DNA of 64,000 nt from Thermoplasmata archaeon (GTDB lineage: Archaea; Thermoplasmatota; Thermoplasmata; Halarchaeoplasmatales; Halarchaeoplasmataceae), in the NCBI GenBank assembly GCA_003560595.1, contig PWKY01000066.1:226-64225 (forward strand). Reading direction: 5' to 3'. The notes beneath the pieces are model-generated. The model was not told the DNA's origin. It made no database searches and saw only the letters and a list, made by a program, of their open reading frames with translations. This document shows, in pieces, positions 50,883 through 60,147 of the stretch. Position numbers and translations under genes: made by a program. Within the stretch, counting starts at the first letter, position 1. The number at the start of each line of letters is the position of its first letter.

Positions 50883-51161
50883 CTACTCCGTGAATTCCAA
50901 TTTTCGTGAACGTATACACTTTTTCTGCCAAGTCTTTCCACACTCTGAGCAAGTGTACTTCAGATACACCCTTTTGACAGGTTTACCGGCACCTGAGGGC
51001 TTGGACCAGGGAAAACCACCGTAACCGGATGTTACTCGCCTGAACCGTCTCTGCCCCTTCCGTAGCTCACTTCCCGGTCGATTCTTACCTCGGGAAAGAT
51101 CCATGTTTGTATGCGTATCACAACTTGGACAGTAGTCCTTGATTTTTCTAGGTCTTTTCAT
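50883..51161 (-). CDS. rpl44e: 50S ribosomal protein L44e
   Basis: YCPSC...GQRRFRRVTSGYGGFPWSKPSGAGKPVKRVYLKYTCSECG matches the L44e zinc-finger protein. Start taken at MKRPRK. Confidence 0.85.
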   Translation of the reverse strand: MKRPRKIKDYCPSCDTHTNMDLSRGKNRPGSELRKGQRRFRRVTSGYGGFPWSKPSGAGKPVKRVYLKYTCSECGKTWQKKCIRSRKLEFTE

Positions 51162-51199
51162 ATCGATTCCCCTCACTATAAGCATGGGCTATTAAAACA

Positions 51200-52402
51200 T
51201 TACTCTTTGTTCCAACCTGCCTCCACTTTTTTTAGCTGATCTAGAACCCGGTCTCGAAGGTTGGAAGCTTCCACCCCTTTCTTGGTCCGGACTCCGTTTT
51301 TTAAGTAATGTTCTAACATCGGATTCATATCTGTACCGCACCCGCACACCGGATCTTTTTCCTGTTCCCAATGTACATTTTTAAATGTCAAGCACTCCGG
51401 GCATCGATAGACCATCTTTTTGCCACTGAATTTCCCCCTCTTAGCCACCGGTACCCCTTCCTTTTCAACGATATCCATGGCGAAATTTATGGTCCGGGCA
51501 TTTGAAACACTAGTTCCCACACCGAACGAACTCACACCTGCCTCCTTCAAGGCGGGTATCGAGTATTCGTTTATCCCTCCTGAGGCTATTATCTTTGCAT
51601 CTATACCTCTAACATCCATCTCCCATCTTACTTCCTGTACTATCTTAATCAGGTCACCTCTCCTTGAAGACGGAGTGTCCAACCGAACGCCGTAGAGATT
51701 TTCCCCCATGGCTTTAGAGGCCATAAAGGTTTCCAAAGTCTCATCATGATACGTGTCAACCAAGGCTATACGGGGGACGTCTTCGGATAAAACCTCGTCG
51801 AAGGCCCTGAAAGCATCTTCCGGGGAACCGAACATGATAGTGAGTGCATGTGGCATGGTCCCAGTCGGTTCGACGCCTACGGCTTCTGCACCGGCTATAC
51901 AAGATATGTTATCGCAGCCACCGATGTATGCGGATCTATCGATGGATGGCGCTATCGCAGGATGCATCCTCCTTATACCGAAGGACATGACGGTAGCATC
52001 ACCGGCCGCTTTCTTTACACGAGCCGCCTTGGTGGCTACACCTGAGGGATGGCACATGAACCCAAGTAATGGTGTTTCATAAATGCAGAATTCCTTGTAA
52101 GGGCCCTGGATCATCATCACAGGGGTGAGTACACCTTTATCATCTCTAGGTCGAAAGATGGTACCTTCGGGTAGAGAGTAAAGATCTACTGGTTTTCCTT
52201 CGAGAAGTGTGATAACATCTTCCAGCCCTACAAAAACCCCCCATCCTCCATCTTCTGGAAGTGAAGTGGTGGTGAACTCCGCTACGACATATTCTCCTCC
52301 GACCCCCTTTTCTTCAAATATTTTCAAGGTGTTTTCAAAGTAAACGTCGGTGGTTTTACCGTTTTTTATATCTTCTTCCGAAGCGATGTTAAATTTGTTC
52401 AT
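51200..52402 (-). CDS. Nicotinate phosphoribosyltransferase, archaeal type with C-terminal zinc ribbon
   Basis: Type II PRTase blocks and C-terminal CPECLTF..CGCG. Confidence 0.75.
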   Translation of the reverse strand: MNKFNIASEEDIKNGKTTDVYFENTLKIFEEKGVGGEYVVAEFTTTSLPEDGGWGVFVGLEDVITLLEGKPVDLYSLPEGTIFRPRDDKGVLTPVMMIQGPYKEFCIYETPLLGFMCHPSGVATKAARVKKAAGDATVMSFGIRRMHPAIAPSIDRSAYIGGCDNISCIAGAEAVGVEPTGTMPHALTIMFGSPEDAFRAFDEVLSEDVPRIALVDTYHDETLETFMASKAMGENLYGVRLDTPSSRRGDLIKIVQEVRWEMDVRGIDAKIIASGGINEYSIPALKEAGVSSFGVGTSVSNARTINFAMDIVEKEGVPVAKRGKFSGKKMVYRCPECLTFKNVHWEQEKDPVCGCGTDMNPMLEHYLKNGVRTKKGVEASNLRDRVLDQLKKVEAGWNKE

Positions 52403-52455
52403 TTTATCATCTTTTTTTTACCGAAGGATTAAAGAGGGTAAACTATATTTATAGT

Positions 52456-52911
52456 TTGATGAAGCAGTGTCCCTCATGTTCCCGGATGGTCGAAGAGTTT
52501 TCTGATCGATGTCCAACCTGTGGTATGGTCATGATGCCTTCTAAAGAACCAAGCAAGTATCCTGAGGTAGCCGGTGTTTTGATGGTGGTGGCAGCTTTGA
52601 TCGCTATCTTATTTGCCATCTCTGCGATCATGGGTTTAGGTGAGGTGGTCGAACAGGTTCAGCCCGAGCTGCCCGAAGAATTGGATACGGATTTTTTTGA
52701 AACGATACTCAACGCCTGCTTTGTTCTTATCTCCGTATTTGGTGTAGTCCTTTTAGTTGGAGGTTTTCTAGCCTATAATCGAAAGAGCTGGCTAATGGTC
52801 ATGGTATGCGCGATAATAGGAATATTTTCCATAGGTTTTTTCTTGATCTCATCTGTTTTATCTATAGTAGCTCTGATATTAATCGTTATGAGTAAGGATG
52901 AATTTCAATGA
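52456..52911 (+). CDS. Membrane protein with N-terminal CPxC-x12-CPxCG zinc ribbon (first of three consecutive zinc-ribbon paralogs)
   Basis: CPSCSRMVEEFSDRCPTCG followed by three hydrophobic helices. Confidence 0.55.
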   Translation: MMKQCPSCSRMVEEFSDRCPTCGMVMMPSKEPSKYPEVAGVLMVVAALIAILFAISAIMGLGEVVEQVQPELPEELDTDFFETILNACFVLISVFGVVLLVGGFLAYNRKSWLMVMVCAIIGIFSIGFFLISSVLSIVALILIVMSKDEFQ

Positions 52912-52972
52912 AGAGCAAAAGTTATAAAACCCTCATTCTTTATCCCAAACGCAGAAGAAAAGGTGAGTTATT

Positions 52973-53830
52973 TTGGTAGAACAAGGTGAAATAAAATGTC
53001 CAGTATGCGACTCTTTGTTAGATAAAGACAGCAGGAATTGTCCTTCATGTGGGTTGACTCGCAGCCTTATCGACATGGAAAAAAATATGGATGAGGACCC
53101 AGTTCTAGATCTTATGGGAGATATAATCGATGATATAACCGATGATAGATTAAAGGAGAGTGAAGATGAGATCTTTAATATTGTGAAGAAATTGAACAAC
53201 TCTAAAGAATTAAATGGTGATGAGACCGTAGAAGTGACTGGTGATGAGACCGTAGAAGTGACTGGTGATGAGACCGTAGAATTGACCGGTGATGAGACCG
53301 TAGAAGTGACTGGTGATGAGACCGTAGAATTGACCGGTGATGAGACCGTAGAAGAAGTGGTGATCTTTGAGTGCCCAATTTGTTCTGCAGAGGTGGAGGA
53401 AACCGATTCTGAATGTCCAGGGTGTGGGGCTATATTTGAAGACGATGAAGAAGACATCGAGGAGTTATTGGATGAAGAGTTATCTAACGCAAGGAACGGT
53501 CTGGTAGAGATCAGGGATCTACCGATTTCTCCGGATGCTTTGAAGGACTTGGTAAAGCAGTCGGTGACGATGAAAAAGGAAGGGGACCTAGAAAGAGCCT
53601 TAGAGAAGGCTGTTGAAGCGAACGACTTACGCCATAAGTTAGAAGAATTCGTTAACATACTTTCAGATTCCAAAAAGATGCTGAAAAAGATGAAAGAGAA
53701 TGGAATGGATTATATGGGTCACATGAAAGATTTAAAGGACTCAAAAAATATGGTAGAACTCGGAGACGTACATGGTGGACTGGAATCTTCACGGCAAACA
53801 TATACCGAAATATTAAAAAAAATTGGTTGA
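52973..53830 (+). CDS. Zinc-ribbon / acidic-repeat / coiled-coil protein (paralog of the next gene)
   Basis: CPVCDSLLDKDSRNCPSCG, then 6x GDETVEVT repeats, a second ribbon CPICSAEVEETDSECPGCG, then one helical repeat unit and a coiled coil. TTG start. Confidence 0.6.
   Translation: MVEQGEIKCPVCDSLLDKDSRNCPSCGLTRSLIDMEKNMDEDPVLDLMGDIIDDITDDRLKESEDEIFNIVKKLNNSKELNGDETVEVTGDETVEVTGDETVELTGDETVEVTGDETVELTGDETVEEVVIFECPICSAEVEETDSECPGCGAIFEDDEEDIEELLDEELSNARNGLVEIRDLPISPDALKDLVKQSVTMKKEGDLERALEKAVEANDLRHKLEEFVNILSDSKKMLKKMKENGMDYMGHMKDLKDSKNMVELGDVHGGLESSRQTYTEILKKIG
53215..53360 (+). repeat. 24-bp tandem repeat x6 (GGTGATGAGACCGTAGAAGTGACT), coding for GDETVE[VL]T
   Basis: Read directly; the variants differ only by gtg/ttg. 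Confidence 0.9.
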
Positions 53831-54130
53831 TGGGGAGAATATTATTCCACCGCATTTATAGCATCAGCTATCACGATAGGATCTCTCTATATCACTCCTT
53901 TACTATGGGGTTCAAGCCAGATATCCATTTTGTTTCTGGCTTTGGCTGTTGTATTGTTCATACTCGTATTGATATCTCCATTGATATTGATCTTATCATA
54001 CCTATCTTCATTGGCGACACACCGTTTCTTGAAGGATACGTCACCGTCAACACAGCTGACAGACCTTTAAAATTGGTAATAGAACCAAAATCTAAATACA
54101 GGGCTTTTACTTAATCTATGCCGTACAGAG

Positions 54131-56734
54131 GTGCAGAAACTGAGCGAAAACAAGGGTATCATCTGCCCAGTATGCAAAACCGAGATACCGGATGAGTTGG
54201 AGGAGTGCCCTAGCTGTGGCCTTGATAAGATACTCATCGAGCTTGAAGAGGGAGAGGATAACGATGAATACGTCGAGAACTTAGAGAAACTATTAGCCGA
54301 CGAACTAGACGACGATCTTTTGGATCTGGAGGATGATCTAGATGAGTTAGACTTGGACGATCTAGATGATGAATCACTGGACGATATATTGGGATTAGAA
54401 GAGTCAGACGATATATCGGAATTAGAAGAGTCAGACGATATATCGGAATTAGAAGAGTCAGACGATATATCGGGATTAGAGGAGTCAGACGATATATCGG
54501 AATTAGAAGAGTCAGACGATATATCGGGATTAGAAGAGTCAGACGATATATCGGAATTAGAAGAGTCAGACGATATATCGGAATTAGAAGAGTCAGACGA
54601 TATATCGGAATTAGAAGAGTCAGACGATATATCGGAATTAGAGGAGTCAGCTGATATATCGGAATTAGAAGAGTCAGTTGATATATCGGAATTAGAAGAG
54701 TCAGCTGATATATCGGGATTAGAAGAGTCAGACGATATATCGGAATTAGAGGAGGAGGTAGAGCAAGACGATCTTCTGTTGGGATTAGAGGATGAGGTGG
54801 AAGATATATCCGAAGAAGAGCTTCTGAAGGAGCTAGAGGAAGAACTTGAGGTATCGGATGAAGTGGTGTACGAATGTCCAACATGCGGTCACCATTTAAA
54901 GGAAGAGGACAAAAAGTGTTCTTCCTGCGGAACGGTTTTTGAAGACTCAGAAGAAGAACTTGAAGATGAGCTCAGTCTGTTAGAACAAACCCTTGAGGAT
55001 CTAGCTGAAGATGAGTTGGAACCGACCTCGGAAGATGAGCAGGAAGTTATAGAGATAATGGAGGAGATCCAACGATTCATAAAAGATCTGGAAGAAGAAC
55101 CGATAAAATTAGATGTGGTACGCCAGCTTTATGAACAAGTTGAAGGGGAAAAAGCGAAGGGCAACATCGAATCAGCCTCACGTCTCGGATTGGAAGCCTT
55201 AAAAGTATGCGAGAACATGGAGCGCTTTTTGGATAGGAGCCGAACACTGAAAAAAGAGCTTACCTTTTTCAAAAAAGTAGGTCTGAACTACGATCATTAT
55301 GTAAGTGAACTGAACTCCGCTAGAAGGTCTGTCGAATCAGGTCTTACCAAGAAGGGATTGGAACGGGTAGATAAGTTGATCGAGAAAGCGGAGTCAAAGA
55401 AAAACAACTATGAGAAATTACACGATACCAAGCAAAACATCAACGATGTGGTATCTAACCTAAATCAGATATTGAGCTCCGCTAAATCTTTGAAGATGCC
55501 TTTGGAATCAGAAAGGGAGTTGATTTCAAATGCTCTAGTGGCCTCCAAAGACGGTGATGTACAAAAGGCCTTAGATTGGCTATTAAAAGCTAGAGAACGC
55601 TCTATAGATAAGATAGAGGATACCATATCTCAGAATATACGGGATTTTGAAGAGAAGGTCCACGAGTTGAGAGCAGATAATAGAGATAAATTAGAAGATA
55701 TGTTGATGAAAGTTAGAGATGCTAAGGTCGAAGGGAACTATATCCGAGCGGGTAAACTTATAGGCCGAGTGAATAAGTTGGTTGAAGGGACATTAAAGGA
55801 AGATAACGGGGAACTAGACGCTTTAAAAGACTTGATCGATGCTGCGGTATCCATCGGCGTAGATACAACCGCGTGCATTGAACACTATCAAAAGGCGATC
55901 GATTCCATGGACCCTAGAAGAAGAAAGATACACATCAACAACGCCAAGAGACATCTCACGAAACGGTTACCACCTAAATTACAGTCAGCCATGAAAGAAT
56001 CCTTGATAAAGCTAGAGAAGGCGCGAGAAAATGAAAAAAACATCTCCAAGCCGGTGACCTATTTAAAACAGGCCAACCTGAACGTCAAGAAAAAAAATTA
56101 CCTTAAAGCCTTGGAGTACATCAAGGTATTCAACGATAAAATACGGCCGATGCTGGAAGAAGAGGAAGAAAAAGAAGAGGTAAAGGAAGCCGGCGTATTA
56201 CGCATACAAAAGAAATTGAAGAAAGAACCAAAACCCACTAAAACCATCGATCTAAAAAAGACCAAAACCATCCCGAGGGATCTGATGAAAGGTTCAACAT
56301 ACCTTTTTACCGAAACAGACCCAGTTGAAGCCTTTAAGATGGCCAAAAAAAAGGTCGATGAAGGTATAAGAGGTATCTGCGTTACCAGACAGTACCCTGA
56401 TAAGGTGAAATCAAGATATAATATGAGGGATGTCAGAATAATATGGTTATCGAATATAGACCAAGCCGATGCGATCAAACCTAAGGCATTGGATGATCTG
56501 AGCTTGGAGATGGAGGATTTCCTAAAAGATGAAGGTGGATTGATACTGCTTGATGGGTTGGAATATTTGATATCAAATAACGACTTCAAAATTGTATTCC
56601 ATGTTATACAATCTATCAAAGACCAAGTTGCCATCTCCGATTCCATACTTATACTTACATTAACGCCGGATACACTGGAAAAACACCAGATAAGCCTTTT
56701 GGAAAAAGAAGTCGATGAAACCTATCATCTTTAA
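54131..56734 (+). CDS. Zinc-ribbon / LEESDDISE-repeat / coiled-coil protein with a C-terminal DUF835-like domain (867 aa)
   Basis: ICPVCKTEIPDELEECPSCG, 13x 9-aa acidic repeats, a second ribbon ECPTCGHHLKEEDKKCSSCG, helical repeats of the giant-protein type, and a C-terminal GSTYLFTE..GICVTRQYP..IIWLSN..LLDGLEYLISNNDF..ILILTLTPDTL block. GTG start. Confidence 0.6.
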   Translation: MQKLSENKGIICPVCKTEIPDELEECPSCGLDKILIELEEGEDNDEYVENLEKLLADELDDDLLDLEDDLDELDLDDLDDESLDDILGLEESDDISELEESDDISELEESDDISGLEESDDISELEESDDISGLEESDDISELEESDDISELEESDDISELEESDDISELEESADISELEESVDISELEESADISGLEESDDISELEEEVEQDDLLLGLEDEVEDISEEELLKELEEELEVSDEVVYECPTCGHHLKEEDKKCSSCGTVFEDSEEELEDELSLLEQTLEDLAEDELEPTSEDEQEVIEIMEEIQRFIKDLEEEPIKLDVVRQLYEQVEGEKAKGNIESASRLGLEALKVCENMERFLDRSRTLKKELTFFKKVGLNYDHYVSELNSARRSVESGLTKKGLERVDKLIEKAESKKNNYEKLHDTKQNINDVVSNLNQILSSAKSLKMPLESERELISNALVASKDGDVQKALDWLLKARERSIDKIEDTISQNIRDFEEKVHELRADNRDKLEDMLMKVRDAKVEGNYIRAGKLIGRVNKLVEGTLKEDNGELDALKDLIDAAVSIGVDTTACIEHYQKAIDSMDPRRRKIHINNAKRHLTKRLPPKLQSAMKESLIKLEKARENEKNISKPVTYLKQANLNVKKKNYLKALEYIKVFNDKIRPMLEEEEEKEEVKEAGVLRIQKKLKKEPKPTKTIDLKKTKTIPRDLMKGSTYLFTETDPVEAFKMAKKKVDEGIRGICVTRQYPDKVKSRYNMRDVRIIWLSNIDQADAIKPKALDDLSLEMEDFLKDEGGLILLDGLEYLISNNDFKIVFHVIQSIKDQVAISDSILILTLTPDTLEKHQISLLEKEVDETYHL
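54392..54750 (+). repeat. 27-bp tandem repeat x13 (ATTAGAAGAGTCAGACGATATATCGGA with minor variants), coding for LEESDDIS[EG]
   Basis: Read directly; the variants are gac to gct/gtt and gaa to gga. Confidence 0.9.
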
Positions 56735-56890
56735 GTCAAAAACTATAAATATAAAAACGATATCCACGGCTTACACAGGTGACTTGGATGTCAGAAAAAA
56801 GAAAAAAAATGTTAGAAAAAATCGACGAGATCATCGCGGAGATAGAAAGGGCTTGATTTAGTACCGTGATCTTCTCGTAAAATCCATTTT

Positions 56891-58552
56891 TCAATAACTA
56901 CCTCTTCTAACTATAATGCTCAGAAGCCAAATACCCATCAACACTGAGACCAAAAATATGTAGGGACCGAACATCACCTGCTCACCCGACATGACCACAA
57001 GTGCAGAGCCGATGATTATCGCCGCTGTAATGATGGTATAACTCAACCTGTTAGAGATAGTTTCCAACCGCATCTCCAATTCTTTTAAACCCTTGTGTTC
57101 TATGGACACTGCAAAGTCACGCTCCTCGAACCTTTCAAGCACGTCGTTGATCTTAGTTGGTAAATTTGAGATCAATCTTTTGTAGTCCTTAGCGCTGCTG
57201 TAAATGGATTTGAGCTGGGCTTTAGGGCCGTACCTCATCTTGATTATATCGACGATAACAGGTTCAGCGGACTGGAAGAAATCGAATTTTGGGTCCAGTG
57301 CGTTACAGATACCCTCGATCTCTATCAACGCCCTTTCCATGAGTAGGAAATTAGCTGGTAGAGATATATTGTGCTTATTAACGATCATCATTATCTCTTC
57401 ATTTGCACCTTCCTTGAACATGACGTCTTCTTTGCGTTTGTAGAGTTCCAATATATCTTCGATATCCCACTCCAGCTCTTGTGGATCATAATCTCCGTGC
57501 TGTACGCTTATATCTATGAGTACATCCTTAACTCTGATGGTATCCCCCTTGGCCATCGCTATGAATAAATCTATCAGTTTATTACGGCGTTCATGGTTCA
57601 ACCTACCCACCGCTCCGAAGTCTAGGAACACTATCTTACCTTCCTCACAGAAGAACACGTTCCCCGGTGACGGGTCGGCGTGGAAGATACCGTGTATAAA
57701 GAACTGGCGAAGCATCGCCTGTGCCAATTCACTAGCCAGCTTTTGTTTGAACTCGACTGGATAGTCACCGTCCATGGCCTGTCTGATGCTTTTTCCCTTC
57801 ACATTCTCAAGCACCAGTACTTTTTGAGTAACGTACTTCCAATACACCTTAGGTATTATGATATCAGGATCATCCTCAAAGGCTTCGTAAAATCTTTGAG
57901 CGTTCCTTGCTTCTATGGTATAGTTCAATTCCTTCTCTAACATCTTTTTGAATTCGTAAACCGTGTCTTGGGGGTGATACATCTCACTTTCAGGTACCCA
58001 TTTCTCGATAAGCTCAGCCACCTTTTTTATCAAAGCCATGTCCGCTCGAACACGCTCCCTTATGTTCGGACGCTGTACCTTTACAACGACTTCTTCACCG
58101 GTTTTCAAGGTCGCTTCGTGTACCTGGCCTATGGATGCCGAACCGAGTGGTGTGTTGTAAAACTCGTCGAACAATTCTGATATCGGTGCCCCGAGTTCTT
58201 CTTCTATTATCTCCCTTGCATCTTCAGCAGGGTAAGGGCTCACGTGTTCGTAGAGCTTTCTTAACTCGTTGGCGAACTCCAATGGTACAAGGTCTGGACG
58301 GAGTGCCAAAAATTGTCCCAATTTGATGAACGTAGGTCCTAGATCTTCCAGTAACTTACGCATCTGGGGTGCGTCGACAGTCTCCATCTGCTCTTCTAAC
58401 TGATCTTCCATCCTAGACCTGGAAACAAAGCTGATCAGTCCCAATTCTTTTATGAAATCAACTAGACCATGCTTAAGCAATACCTCGACAATCTCCCTTA
58501 TACGATCTATCTTACTCGTTTTCTTCATCTTCAAAAAGAATATTGTCAACAT
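56891..58552 (-). CDS. ubiB: UbiB/ABC1-family atypical protein kinase with C-terminal TM helices
   Basis: ABC1 kinase-like blocks (ASIGQVH, the HADPSPGN catalytic loop, DFG). Confidence 0.8.
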   Translation of the reverse strand: MLTIFFLKMKKTSKIDRIREIVEVLLKHGLVDFIKELGLISFVSRSRMEDQLEEQMETVDAPQMRKLLEDLGPTFIKLGQFLALRPDLVPLEFANELRKLYEHVSPYPAEDAREIIEEELGAPISELFDEFYNTPLGSASIGQVHEATLKTGEEVVVKVQRPNIRERVRADMALIKKVAELIEKWVPESEMYHPQDTVYEFKKMLEKELNYTIEARNAQRFYEAFEDDPDIIIPKVYWKYVTQKVLVLENVKGKSIRQAMDGDYPVEFKQKLASELAQAMLRQFFIHGIFHADPSPGNVFFCEEGKIVFLDFGAVGRLNHERRNKLIDLFIAMAKGDTIRVKDVLIDISVQHGDYDPQELEWDIEDILELYKRKEDVMFKEGANEEIMMIVNKHNISLPANFLLMERALIEIEGICNALDPKFDFFQSAEPVIVDIIKMRYGPKAQLKSIYSSAKDYKRLISNLPTKINDVLERFEERDFAVSIEHKGLKELEMRLETISNRLSYTIITAAIIIGSALVVMSGEQVMFGPYIFLVSVLMGIWLLSIIVRRGSY

Positions 58553-58733
58553 CTATTTTATAATTTTTCCGTCCTCCAACGGAGTTGATAAAAAACTATA
58601 TATATAACACCCCCATCGCCCCTAATCAAGGGGGTTACAGGAAATCACTGTTTTAACCCTCCTCAACCAAAAACGTCCTGTAACCCTCATCTCCTCTAAA
58701 TTCTTAAATATACCTTCACTTATCTGTCTGAGA

Positions 58734-60104
58734 GTGAATACGATGTTGGAACCGGAGCCATTCAGGATAAAGGTGGTCGAACCTCTAAGCCGCTTGTCCA
58801 AAGAGGAAAGGAAAGAGAAGATAAGATCCGCAGGATATAACGTTTTTAAACTCGATGCTGAAGATGTTTTTATCGATATGTTGACGGATTCAGGTATGTC
58901 CGCCATGAGCGACAGACAGTGGGGTAAGATGTTCACCACCGAACAGTCTTACGCCGGAAGCAGTTCATACCGTTTGTTGGAAAAAGCGGTGTCAGACATA
59001 TTCGGTTTTGATAGATTCGTCACCGTACATCAAGGACGGGCGGCGGAAAACATCCTCTTTTCTACGACAGTTAAAGAGGGGGATTTCGTTCCCAACAACA
59101 TGCATTTTGATACCACTTACGCCAACGTAAAGCACAAGGGAGGCACCCCTGTCAACTTGGTAGTGGATGAGGCCTACGACTCGGGAAGTCCCGGTGATTT
59201 CAAAGGGAACATGGATATATCCAAATTGAAGGAGTTCCTAGAAGAAAAAGACAACGTACCGGTGATCATGCTCACCATAACGAACAACACCGCAGGTGGA
59301 CAGCCGGTATCAATGAAAAACATACGGGAAGTAAGTCGGCTAGCCCGGGAACACGATATTCCTCTGTTCCTGGATGCATGCAGGTTCGCAGAGAACGCCT
59401 TTTTCATCAAAACCAAGGAAAAGGGCTACGCCGATAAATCTATCAAAGAGATAGTGAAGGAGATGTTCTCTTATGCAGATGGTTTCACCTTCAGTGCAAA
59501 AAAGGATGGGTTGACCAATATAGGTGGAATACTCGGGGTCAGAAACGAAGAGCTCCACAAAAAGTGTATAGAGTTAGGTATCATCATAGAAGGATTCCCC
59601 ACCTACGGCGGTATGGCGTGTCGTGAACTGGCAGCCATGGCCCAGGGTATAAGAGAATCGACTGATATCCAGTACCTCGATTACAGGCACCAACAGATCA
59701 AATATCTTGGGGATCTGCTGCATGAAGCCGGTATCCCCATAGCAAGACCGGTGGGAGGCCATGCTGTATTTATCGATGCCGATAAGTTCCTACCAGATGT
59801 ACCACAAGTAGAGTTCCCAGCTCAATCCTTGACCGCCGAGCTTTACATGGAGGGAGGTATAAGGGGAGTGGAACTCGGGACCAGTGCCTTCGGTGAGATG
59901 GACGAAGAGGGGAACGTTATACCTGCACCTTTGGAGTTCCTGAGGTTGGCCATACCCAGACGGGTTTACACCATCAATCATCTAAATTTTGTTGCCCAGT
60001 GTGTCGCATCGCTTTACGAGAAACGAGAGAATATAAAGGGATTGAAACGCACCTATGCTCCAAAACTTCTCGGACACTTCATGGCCGAGTTCGAACCACT
60101 CTAG
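58734..60104 (+). CDS. tnaA: Tryptophanase / tyrosine phenol-lyase family beta-eliminating lyase (PLP)
   Basis: FRIKVVEP start and the PLP-lysine context FSAKKDGL; collinear with TnaA/TPL. Confidence 0.8.
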   Translation: MNTMLEPEPFRIKVVEPLSRLSKEERKEKIRSAGYNVFKLDAEDVFIDMLTDSGMSAMSDRQWGKMFTTEQSYAGSSSYRLLEKAVSDIFGFDRFVTVHQGRAAENILFSTTVKEGDFVPNNMHFDTTYANVKHKGGTPVNLVVDEAYDSGSPGDFKGNMDISKLKEFLEEKDNVPVIMLTITNNTAGGQPVSMKNIREVSRLAREHDIPLFLDACRFAENAFFIKTKEKGYADKSIKEIVKEMFSYADGFTFSAKKDGLTNIGGILGVRNEELHKKCIELGIIIEGFPTYGGMACRELAAMAQGIRESTDIQYLDYRHQQIKYLGDLLHEAGIPIARPVGGHAVFIDADKFLPDVPQVEFPAQSLTAELYMEGGIRGVELGTSAFGEMDEEGNVIPAPLEFLRLAIPRRVYTINHLNFVAQCVASLYEKRENIKGLKRTYAPKLLGHFMAEFEPL

Positions 60105-60147
60105 ATAAAGGCCGATAATCTTTTATGCAATCTCTAGAGATAAGCGG

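Noticed and set aside
52933-53673. 246-aa Ser-rich ORF on the minus strand
   Set aside because: Lies antisense to the zinc-ribbon repeat gene at 52973-53830. The low-complexity S/T-rich translation is a mirror product of the GDETVEVT repeat, and the plus-strand gene has clear motifs.
53215-54750. Tandem 24-bp and 27-bp repeat arrays as a possible CRISPR array
   Set aside because: The repeats are directly adjacent with no spacers, sit in frame inside coding sequence, and are not palindromic. No cas genes.
54234-54884. 216-aa ORF with PIYRLTLLI repeats on the minus strand
   Set aside because: Antisense translation of the 27-bp tandem repeat inside the 54131 gene; an artefact of repeat periodicity.
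58553-58733. Possible tna-type leader peptide or riboswitch upstream of tryptophanase
   Set aside because: No upstream ATG-initiated small ORF exists in the spacer, and a TATA-like box (CTTAAATATACC) lies just about 20 bp before the tnaA ATG. The hairpin-forming CCCCT/AGGGG and GTTACAGG/CCTGTAAC repeats further upstream belong to the divergent ubiB promoter side, and I cannot assign them a function.
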